From the IMG/VR virus record IMGVR_UViG_3300028887_000070, positions 32,001 to 96,000 of that record: a stretch of DNA of 64,000 nt. One strand, 5' to 3'. This document shows positions 1-7,736 of this stretch, piece after piece. The DNA is from a virus (Duplodnaviria > Caudoviricetes). A model generated the notes under the pieces. It was not told the origin of the DNA, searched no databases, and worked only from the letters and a program-made list of their open reading frames with translations. The position numbers and the translations under genes are program-made. Numbering within the stretch: position 1 is the stretch's first letter; every line of letters starts with the position of its first letter.

Positions 1-8
1 TCCGTATC

Positions 9-617
9 ATGATAAATGCTAGACCTGAAAACAAGAGGAACGGCTACTATATGATCGATAGCTCATTAGTAGGAGGAGTAGAGATCCTTGGAGTAAAGGA
101 TATAGCATGGGATGTCTACGGAAACGATGGACTCGTCCAGCAGTCTGGTATTGGTATGTACGACTATCTCGGAGCATACAATAACTACAGCATGGATGAC
201 GTTATGCTGCTGCAGGCTAGAGCAGATATGACATCTGTATTCAACAACAGTATCTTCGTGGAGTTCAAAGAGCCTAACATGGTTAAGCTGTGCTCTGTAA
301 CGAATGGCGATATCACTGGAGGTCTGAAGGACATTCCTATAGACATCTTCGTTCCTCATCCAGACAATCTGATGACTATATCTCCTACAATGATGGAGAC
401 ATTCGAGAGACTGGCTATAGACGATGTAGCTACAACACTGGTAGCCTTCTTAAACAACTACTCAGATCTTGAGACAGTGTTTGCTACAGTAGATATCAAC
501 AAGGTTATGAGTAGACTTGAACAGTTTGCTGCAGATAGAGATGACTGTGTAAGGTATCTTGATGAGACTCATGTCTCTGCAGCAAACACTAACCAGCCTC
601 TGCTGTACTGTGTATAA
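9..617 (+). CDS. Jumbo-phage conserved protein, probable virion structural protein (5'-truncated by window edge)
   Basis: Frame is open from the window start, with phage-like codon usage and no RBS before 9. Function is inferred only from context. Confidence 0.5.
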   Translation: MINARPENKRNGYYMIDSSLVGGVEILGVKDIAWDVYGNDGLVQQSGIGMYDYLGAYNNYSMDDVMLLQARADMTSVFNNSIFVEFKEPNMVKLCSVTNGDITGGLKDIPIDIFVPHPDNLMTISPTMMETFERLAIDDVATTLVAFLNNYSDLETVFATVDINKVMSRLEQFAADRDDCVRYLDETHVSAANTNQPLLYCV

Positions 618-657
618 CAAAAAAGAAAGAATGTAGTGAAGAGAAGAATGCAGGGAC

Positions 658-1134
658 TCAGATGAGTCCCTGCTGCTTTGCTAGTTCTAAAGTTTCATAC
701 ACAACCATCTCTCCGATATGCTGTGCTTCCGACATCATTCCGAAAAGCATATCAGAAATAGGTGTTCCACCAATTTCACGAAGACAATAGTCGTCTGCGT
801 AGAAATGGTAATGCTGGATTGTATTGAAACGAATTGTGTCAGTACTCTTTGTAGAGTTGAGCAGAGTGAACTCTACCCATTCGTTCTCTACTTCGATAGC
901 AGCATAGTAGCTGCCATCTTCTGAAGTAAAGATAGCTACTCTTGACGTTGTATCATCCATACACTTTACACTATATACACGGATACGGATGCTGCTATCA
1001 TCGCTATAAACATATGAGTCTACATAGTCTGTTAACTCATTAGCATATGTAAGCACGTTGAGTGTAGTGTCGATAACCTTCTGTGTTTCAACTCTAAGAA
1101 TTGGAAGGTTTGTTGTTGTTTCTCTCATAACCAT
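658..1134 (-). CDS. Hypothetical early protein behind a long structured leader
   Basis: 158-aa ORF, GAAAGGAG RBS, early-type promoter ~250 nt upstream. Confidence 0.75.
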   Translation of the reverse strand: MVMRETTTNLPILRVETQKVIDTTLNVLTYANELTDYVDSYVYSDDSSIRIRVYSVKCMDDTTSRVAIFTSEDGSYYAAIEVENEWVEFTLLNSTKSTDTIRFNTIQHYHFYADDYCLREIGGTPISDMLFGMMSEAQHIGEMVVYETLELAKQQGLI

Positions 1135-1388
1135 TCTCCTTTCAGCTGGTTAGATAAAAATGATGACGGAGAACCCTGACACTCTCCGTCGCTTTTCAAT
1201 TAGTCTCCTAACGTACTACCTACTATCAGGATCATAGGTAGCAGGCTTTGCTCGTTAGGAGCACCTATAGCGCTCGAGTAATGACCCTTCCGAGAGCCAC
1301 TCAGATCATTACCCGCTCGCACTCTAAATATGATTCAATTATTCGCTCAACTCTTAGTACAGAGAGAACTTTAATCTTCTCACACCAC
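1135..1388 (-). ncRNA. Structured 5' leader / candidate attenuator or sRNA
   Basis: Hairpins ctcctaacg...cgttaggag (~1205-1261) and gtaatga...tcattac. Terminator-like gacggaga/tctccgtc (1165-1190) is followed by a U-tract on the minus strand, before the RBS. Confidence 0.5.
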
Positions 1389-1389
1389 T

Positions 1390-1399
1390 ATAGTATACA
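1390..1399 (-). promoter_or_regulatory. Early-type phage promoter TGTATACTAT
   Basis: Matches the TRYATAYYAT motif recurring 11 times upstream of non-structural genes; GTAAAAGT lies 13 nt upstream. Confidence 0.65.
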
Positions 1400-1445
1400 G
1401 TTGTTCATGGATACTTTTACATATGTACATCTCTACCCAAACACC

Positions 1446-1457
1446 AACGATACAGTA
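1446..1457 (+). promoter_or_regulatory. Late-type promoter AACG-N6-TA
   Basis: AR9-like AACA-N6-TA motif directly upstream of an RBS. Confidence 0.6.
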
Positions 1458-1482
1458 ATCAAAGATGAAAGGAGCGTGCCAT

Positions 1483-2292
1483 ATGCCGCAAGATCTCTTT
1501 CGCAACTCTCAAATCTGTTCAATGGTAGCAGAAGGTGAAGTTGCCAATATCTTATCGCATTTCGATTCCGATTATGTGATGACTGTAATACGTGATCACC
1601 TGGTTAATAGGTTCACCTATTCTAGTGCCGTGATGACAAAGCCAAACATAGTTGTATCATACAATATGACCTTCAGAAACCTTGAGCAAACTTATCCTCT
1701 CGATGTACAGAACATACGAGAGGTTGAGCAGGCCTCGTATCAGGAGATCATAGATACAATCTGCCAGTTCTATGGATTTCAGTTCATTCCTCCAGCAGAG
1801 GATACAAACCTGTCTACTATAGCACTCTACATGTATGAATGTTTTGTCTCTAAGTTTGACTTCTTTGTTTCTCAGTTCTATGCAAACTTTATCATGCTCA
1901 ACAAGGATGCTCTATGGGATGCACTCGAACTGGTTAACTACAAGAAAGACAAGGACGTTACTACAGTCTATGGTAAGAAAGCATACGATGACGTTAAGAT
2001 GGCTATCATCTGTGCGAAGATGAATGAAGTCCTTTACTACCTTAAGGGACTTGACATTGATCTTCCTACATTCCTTCAGACATGCTATCCTATAGAGTAT
2101 GCTCAACTCTTAGCAGATCATGTAAAGGGAGAGAACTTCTATGCAATGTTTGTAGCGAGTGCTATAGACATTCCTTCTGTTGTAACAGACATCAAACTCA
2201 AGATACACAATACGTTGTGTACTCAGAATGATATCTCTATACTCGTTCCTCAGCCAGAAGAGAATGGAGATACTGCAAGTAAGGAGGAATAA
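1483..2292 (+). CDS. Conserved jumbo-phage hypothetical protein (late)
   Basis: Long ORF; the GAAAGGAG RBS supports the start at 1483. Confidence 0.8.
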   Translation: MPQDLFRNSQICSMVAEGEVANILSHFDSDYVMTVIRDHLVNRFTYSSAVMTKPNIVVSYNMTFRNLEQTYPLDVQNIREVEQASYQEIIDTICQFYGFQFIPPAEDTNLSTIALYMYECFVSKFDFFVSQFYANFIMLNKDALWDALELVNYKKDKDVTTVYGKKAYDDVKMAIICAKMNEVLYYLKGLDIDLPTFLQTCYPIEYAQLLADHVKGENFYAMFVASAIDIPSVVTDIKLKIHNTLCTQNDISILVPQPEENGDTASKEE

Positions 2293-2294
2293 CA

Positions 2295-3980
2295 ATGCCT
2301 ACTAGCAAGAGAGGTTATGAAATAGACTTATCTCATGAAGGTGCATACACTACTGGAGATAAGACTATATACGATGGTGCTGACCATACTGCTGAAGTGG
2401 ATCTGATCATCGGAGCCCTTGATGAACAGAGGAAACAGAATGTCGATAACCAGGCACTGGATCCTATCATCGGAAAAGCTCCAGAGATGAGAGGAAGATA
2501 TGATGGTTTTGCAGCTAATGTGAACCCGTTAGAAGCTGAGAGAATCACTGAAATGGATGAGATGGGAGCTCTCACTAGTGGAATAGTGAAGGGACTTCTC
2601 AGAAACCCAGACGGTATGTCCATAGAGGATCTCGACTACTTCACAAGAATACAGAAAGCAAATGCACAATACGATAAGGAGGACATGGCAATGGCCGAAA
2701 TGGAACAGAACATCCAGAACCAGATCAATGCTCAGGGATATGATACTATGGAGGGCTATATGGAAGCCAGCATAATGGCTGACCTTGGCAAAGTAGAATC
2801 AAGAATCCGTGATGCTGAAGATCCTAACGCAGCAATAGTTGAACCAGACGTAGAGGAGGTAAAGGAGGAAGAGTCCGAAGTGTTTCCTGCAGAAGCAGTC
2901 AACGCTGAAGCTACTGAGTATACTCCTGAAGTCGACACTGTTGAGAGTCTTGGCGAAGCTGTTCAGATGAATGATGATATGGAACCTGTAAAGGTTGCTG
3001 AAGAACAGAGCGCTCCTATAACAGATGAAGAGCTCGAGGACGTTCCCGTATCTACACTCGAAGTTACAGATGAACAGGTTCTTACAAACATGCATAATAT
3101 TGTCGGCGATGCGATCTCGGACAATGATGCTATGGCTCTTGTAGACATTATGAGACGTTATAAGTCAGGAGAGAAGTTCTCTGTATTCAATGCACTTCCT
3201 GAGACTATCAAGCTGCAGATCCGTAAGGCTGCTTCTGAGACTGGTGAAACACCCAGACATGCAATACTCGAGTTCTTCGCCAAGAACCTTATCAATGATA
3301 TCATCTCTGATGCTTTCATGAGCACTGAGATCAATAACTTCCAGGAAGAGTTAAACACATATGCTAAAGCTGCAGGTAATGTAACTGGTGTTATCGTTGA
3401 CTCTTATACTGATGAAGTAAAGGAGAAGTTCGAGACTGGTCTTCTTGAGACTGCTGACAAGATTCAGGAGTCTAATCCTGAGAAAGCAGAAGAGCTCAGA
3501 GAGATCGCTAAGTACTTTTGTTACACTCACACACTCGAACTCATCAAGAAGCACATCGAGAATGGTGGAGACACCTATCTTAACCGCTGCTATAAGAAGT
3601 CTCGTAAGATCAAGCAGTACACAGCATCCTTCAATGCTTACTATGAAGGTACTGTACCGAAGATCAGAGACATCGAATCACTCGCTATTCCATTCCGTCA
3701 GTTAATGGTGGATGAAGAGGTAGCCGAGACACTCGTAGTAATGCTTGGTGATTCTTGCTACGAACAGCCTAAGGGCTCGCTCGTAGGAAATGTCTATGCA
3801 TTCTATCTTCTCACTGGTGTAATGAATATCGCTATGTCTGCTGATACTAGTGATACTATCCGTGAGATCAGAAACAACATCGCTATCCTCGTATCAGAAG
3901 TCCGTCAGTTCCTCAACAGAAGAATGAAAGACTCCAAGTACGGTGGCAAAAAGAAGAAGGGTAAGAAGGGGAAGCGTTAA
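2295..3980 (+). CDS. Hypothetical protein with acidic disordered N-half and Lys-rich C-tail
   Basis: 561-aa ORF, AAGGAGG RBS, followed by a hairpin at ~3968-3989. Confidence 0.8.
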   Translation: MPTSKRGYEIDLSHEGAYTTGDKTIYDGADHTAEVDLIIGALDEQRKQNVDNQALDPIIGKAPEMRGRYDGFAANVNPLEAERITEMDEMGALTSGIVKGLLRNPDGMSIEDLDYFTRIQKANAQYDKEDMAMAEMEQNIQNQINAQGYDTMEGYMEASIMADLGKVESRIRDAEDPNAAIVEPDVEEVKEEESEVFPAEAVNAEATEYTPEVDTVESLGEAVQMNDDMEPVKVAEEQSAPITDEELEDVPVSTLEVTDEQVLTNMHNIVGDAISDNDAMALVDIMRRYKSGEKFSVFNALPETIKLQIRKAASETGETPRHAILEFFAKNLINDIISDAFMSTEINNFQEELNTYAKAAGNVTGVIVDSYTDEVKEKFETGLLETADKIQESNPEKAEELREIAKYFCYTHTLELIKKHIENGGDTYLNRCYKKSRKIKQYTASFNAYYEGTVPKIRDIESLAIPFRQLMVDEEVAETLVVMLGDSCYEQPKGSLVGNVYAFYLLTGVMNIAMSADTSDTIREIRNNIAILVSEVRQFLNRRMKDSKYGGKKKKGKKGKR

Positions 3981-4028
3981 TCGCTTCCCTGAACTATCCT
4001 ATAAACTAAGAATAGGAGGTTCACTCTA

Positions 4029-4451
4029 ATGGTAAACGAAAAAGGAAGCTTAACTTTTCTGAAGACTGATGCTCAGTGCTTCTTTCAGCTTCAGTTAACA
4101 GTATGGAACCAGACAACTAATGGAGCTAAAGGAACTATCTTCCAGATAAGCTCTAACAATGAATATCAGATCGATGTCATCAGTGACGAGGCACCTGGTC
4201 TGAAGACTTACAACTGTAGAATCGTAGGATTCACCATGAGAAATCGTCCCGACTATAAGGGCTTTGTTAACTACGATAAGGAGACTAATCAGGCTAAGCT
4301 TGCAGAAGTAGACACTATCAAGATAGACTACTCTGAAGACGGTAAGGCTGGTGTTACTAGTATTAACGTATGTGATATCCGTGATATCAGACTGACTTAT
4401 GCACCTGGTCAGGACTTCGAGGTTATAAGAGATATCAAAGACTTTAAGTAA
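4029..4451 (+). CDS. Hypothetical protein
   Basis: AGGAGG RBS; AACT-N6-TA promoter at 3992-4003. Confidence 0.8.
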   Translation: MVNEKGSLTFLKTDAQCFFQLQLTVWNQTTNGAKGTIFQISSNNEYQIDVISDEAPGLKTYNCRIVGFTMRNRPDYKGFVNYDKETNQAKLAEVDTIKIDYSEDGKAGVTSINVCDIRDIRLTYAPGQDFEVIRDIKDFK

Positions 4452-4464
4452 GGGGTGATATGAG

Positions 4465-5028
4465 ATGGCCAAATTCTATGAAGAGGATGGCTCCATTACA
4501 TCAACGGACAGAGTCCTTGATGAATACCATAAGAAGAAGGGCACACGAATGGAACAACTTTCTAATGATTATCTTGGAGCTACTCTTGAGGAAGCTTCCA
4601 AAGATACAGTCTCTTGGAATAAGGTGATATCTGGAACCAAGAGAAATAGTGATGGTACTCCTGATATGGGAGACATATCAGATGGCTATCATACATTCAA
4701 TGAGCTGTATGAGCATAGAAGTATACTCTTCTGCGCTCTCTGTGCAGCACTCAACTGGCATAATGAACAGTTCGATTATGAAGGACTTGATGTGGACACG
4801 GAAGTATGGTACTCCACCAAACATGATGACGGTACTATGTTTCCAGGTATGTTCATCGCTGGTATAACAAGTAAAGAGTATGGAAGTGTTACTTATCACT
4901 TTGATGAGAAGTATCTTCCGCTCTTCCGCAATGCTGGTATATCTTACAAGGAGAATGCTCCTAAGTGGGATGGCCATACACCAGAACAGGGACTTGAAGT
5001 TCTGAAGTGTCTGTTCTGTGACAGATAA
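4465..5028 (+). CDS. WDGH-motif phage protein
   Basis: Motifs SDGYHTFNELYEHR, W.S.KH.DG, F..G, TYH and KWDGHT are typical of a widespread phage family of unknown function. Confidence 0.7.
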   Translation: MAKFYEEDGSITSTDRVLDEYHKKKGTRMEQLSNDYLGATLEEASKDTVSWNKVISGTKRNSDGTPDMGDISDGYHTFNELYEHRSILFCALCAALNWHNEQFDYEGLDVDTEVWYSTKHDDGTMFPGMFIAGITSKEYGSVTYHFDEKYLPLFRNAGISYKENAPKWDGHTPEQGLEVLKCLFCDR

Positions 5029-5052
5029 CAAACTAAGAAAGAGGTAAACACC

Positions 5053-5913
5053 ATGAACAAGAACAACATTTCACCCACAGGCATCATGGCGACATTCGCC
5101 AACATTGTTTCCTATCTCATAGGAGCATACAACAAAGACAACGAGTTCGACGTTAAGAAGGACTTCGTTGACCAGGTTAAGGGATACAAGAGCTTTCTTG
5201 CAGACCAGAACTGGAATGCTACTACTCTTACTGCTGAAGAGATCACTGCATTCGGTGGTCTTAGAATAGCACCAGAGGAAGATCTCTTCTTCATTCCTCC
5301 TTGGCTTATAGAGTTCCTCCCTGAGGATTTTGAGTTGATCTCAATCAACCCTGATCCTAATGAAGAGAACGATTCAGTTAAGGCAGGAGAGATAGACAGG
5401 GAAAAGCTCTGGAGCGTGGATACGAACGACTACGGTGTCACCAAGTATGCTATTCAGGCAGTCTCAGAGTCCAACTTTAAGTCAAATAAGGGACTTATGT
5501 TTTCTGAAGCTCTTAAGCTGATCACTGATCCTAACAAGAATGGTATGATCATGAGACTTCCTAACTGGCAGCCAGATGTCTTCATCAAGACTCAGTGGCC
5601 TGATGAGCACAGCAAGATGACTCATCCTTACCTCTACGTAACCAGCAGATTCGGCTGTGTTCCGTGGAAGGAAACTGTGCCTGAGATGTTCAACTGCACT
5701 TGGGAAGTATATCAGGAGGATTACTACAATGAGTTAGTTGAAGAGATGAAGAAGCAGAAGGAAGCACTCTTCCAGAAGGCTGTACAGCAGAACATGACTG
5801 CTAACGGTGGTAAGGGTGTAAACGTAGAGCAGATCGGAAAGGATCTTCTTGAGGGACTCATGCAGAAGCCTGAAGAGCCTGCTAAAGAGAACCTTGAGGA
5901 AGTAGAGAAATGA
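5053..5913 (+). CDS. tad2: Fusion protein with a Tad2-like (DUF2829) Thoeris anti-defence domain (~5497-5712)
   Basis: MFSEAL...MRLPNW...PYLY...VPW..T..EMF..TWEV fits the DUF2829/Tad2 pattern. An extra N-terminal domain carries LFFIPPWL..LP...EL.SI. Confidence 0.65.
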   Translation: MNKNNISPTGIMATFANIVSYLIGAYNKDNEFDVKKDFVDQVKGYKSFLADQNWNATTLTAEEITAFGGLRIAPEEDLFFIPPWLIEFLPEDFELISINPDPNEENDSVKAGEIDREKLWSVDTNDYGVTKYAIQAVSESNFKSNKGLMFSEALKLITDPNKNGMIMRLPNWQPDVFIKTQWPDEHSKMTHPYLYVTSRFGCVPWKETVPEMFNCTWEVYQEDYYNELVEEMKKQKEALFQKAVQQNMTANGGKGVNVEQIGKDLLEGLMQKPEEPAKENLEEVEK

Positions 5914-6038
5914 ATAGCTGAACTGGAGTCAGGATTCGCTAAGCAAGAGAGTATCGTGACCAACCAGTTTGAAGAAGACTTCTTCTATCCAAGCTTCGAT
6001 AGTGAGATCACTACACGGTTCATCTGACAAAAAACAAA

Positions 6039-6063
6039 CGGGAGGGCGCATAAGCGTCCTCCC
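6039..6063. terminator. Intrinsic terminator hairpin between convergent genes
   Basis: gggagggcgc-ataa-gcgtcctccc with an A-tract on the left. Confidence 0.7.
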
Positions 6064-6075
6064 TATCTGTTGTGT

Positions 6076-7620
6076 TTACTGCATAGCAACAACATGGTTC
6101 TTAACCACGATATGATTGGAGCAAATCTTATCGAATCCCTCATTGTGAGAGATTACCATAAGTGTGCTATGGCACTCACGGTTAATAAGATCGATAGCTC
6201 TATTTCTGTTTCTGTCGTCGAGGTTGCTAGTAACTTCGTCCAAGATGAAGATCTTGTTCGGGTTACGTCTCATCTCAACTACTGTTCTTGTAAGCAGAAC
6301 GCGCTGCTTAAGTCCAGTGGAGAGATTGAAACCCTTTGAGCCAACTGGACAGTCAAGAAGCTTGTCGATCTCTACAGGAACGCCTTCAACTCTGAAAGTG
6401 TTTCTAAGATCGTTAAGCATATCGAGTTCCTCAAAGATCTTGATGATCTCTTCATCGGTAACAGTCTCGTCACCAAATGTAACATTGTTTCTGAGACTAT
6501 CATTCAGAAGAGTTGTCTCCTGGAATACATAGTATGTATCCAGATTTTCTGGGAGACCAAAGATCTCTTCAGACTTAATCGCGCCAGCAATGAGATTACC
6601 GAAGCTTGACTTGCCCTCACCAGACGCACCAGTGATAAGATATCTTTCACAGCGTCTGATACTGATGTTGTTCACAGTGAACTGAGCGCTGTCCTTCCCA
6701 TAATCGAAAGAGCCAGATACTGTGAACTGAGAAGGCATAGAAACCTTCTCATCGTTATCGTTGCCTTCGAGAGCTTCAATCTGCTTGGTAGCAGCCTTGA
6801 TCTTCGAAGTGTATGCAACGATATCGATACACTTGAAGATCGAATTGTAGATCACGTATTCATTGATAAATACGTAACCCAAAGTTTCAACATCCCATCT
6901 AAAGAAGTATGCAATGAAACATACAGGGACATAAGAGACAGCCTGGCACAAACCGAACCAGGCACGCTTCTTAGTATTGGTGCTATACTTATATGAGTCA
7001 TCTGCTGCATCGGTGACTCTGTTAAATAAGTAAGAGAACTTACTAGCGTACTTGAGAGTAAGTAAGTTCTCAAGGCCATCAACAAGAACTGACTCAAGCT
7101 TAGCAGCAGCCTTGTGTTCGTTCTCGTTGAACTTGAACTTTTCGTTGCCCCATAAGTACATAGCAGAGCTAAGTACGAAGCAGCTGAAAAGGATGGCTAT
7201 AGATGCAATGGAAGTACGGATCTTCCATATCATAATAGCCATAGGAAGAATACAACTGAAGCATGATACGATTGTCACGTATCTCTGTCCAGTGTATTCA
7301 GAGATCTTATTGATACTGTCGATGATAGTACCAACAGAGATCTTATTGATACTCTTAGTCTCAGACCAAGCCGACTTCTCAGTCAGTCTAGTCTTAAGAT
7401 CAAAGTATACTGTTGAGCTGGCCTTACGACCAGCTGCATCTCTCGCTGTATCGAGAACGGCGAAAGATACATTGCAAATGATGAGACCGATAAACAATCT
7501 CTTACTGAATCCATTAGCAATGAGCTTTGATATTACTGTAGCGTTGGCAGTGTTCTGTAAGCCAACAAGAATTGTTAAAACCACCATTGAGATAGTGAGC
7601 ATAGTTACCTTCTTCTTCAT
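6076..7620 (-). CDS. ABC exporter, fused transmembrane + ATP-binding domain
   Basis: Multiple TM helices, Walker A GASGEGKS, Q-loop VFQE, signature LSTGLKQR, Walker B IFILDEVTSNLD, H-loop ISH. Confidence 0.92.
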   Translation of the reverse strand: MKKKVTMLTISMVVLTILVGLQNTANATVISKLIANGFSKRLFIGLIICNVSFAVLDTARDAAGRKASSTVYFDLKTRLTEKSAWSETKSINKISVGTIIDSINKISEYTGQRYVTIVSCFSCILPMAIMIWKIRTSIASIAILFSCFVLSSAMYLWGNEKFKFNENEHKAAAKLESVLVDGLENLLTLKYASKFSYLFNRVTDAADDSYKYSTNTKKRAWFGLCQAVSYVPVCFIAYFFRWDVETLGYVFINEYVIYNSIFKCIDIVAYTSKIKAATKQIEALEGNDNDEKVSMPSQFTVSGSFDYGKDSAQFTVNNISIRRCERYLITGASGEGKSSFGNLIAGAIKSEEIFGLPENLDTYYVFQETTLLNDSLRNNVTFGDETVTDEEIIKIFEELDMLNDLRNTFRVEGVPVEIDKLLDCPVGSKGFNLSTGLKQRVLLTRTVVEMRRNPNKIFILDEVTSNLDDRNRNRAIDLINRECHSTLMVISHNEGFDKICSNHIVVKNHVVAMQ

Positions 7621-7680
7621 ATAAAGGCCTCCTTTCAACCTTAGTTAGATTTTGTTAGAAGAATGCTTATAACTACCTAT

Positions 7681-7690
7681 ATAGTATACA
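7681..7690 (-). promoter_or_regulatory. Early-type promoter TGTATACTAT for the ABC exporter
   Basis: Identical to the site at 1390-1399. Confidence 0.65.
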
Positions 7691-7707
7691 ACCCAAAAGC
7701 GGTAAGA

Positions 7708-7733
7708 TGGCGGGAGCACTTAAGCTCCCGCCA
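7708..7733 (-). terminator. Terminator after terminase
   Basis: tggcgggagc-acttaa-gctcccgcca perfect stem. Confidence 0.7.
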
Positions 7734-7736
7734 CTC

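Noticed and set aside
1135-1388. Assignment of the leader to a known riboswitch (c-di-GMP-like GCAAAGC, T-box)
   Set aside because: Only a short motif matches; the other conserved elements are not present.
1248-1538. 96-aa plus-strand ORF across the structured leader
   Set aside because: TTG start with no RBS, atypical composition, and overlap with promoters on both strands.
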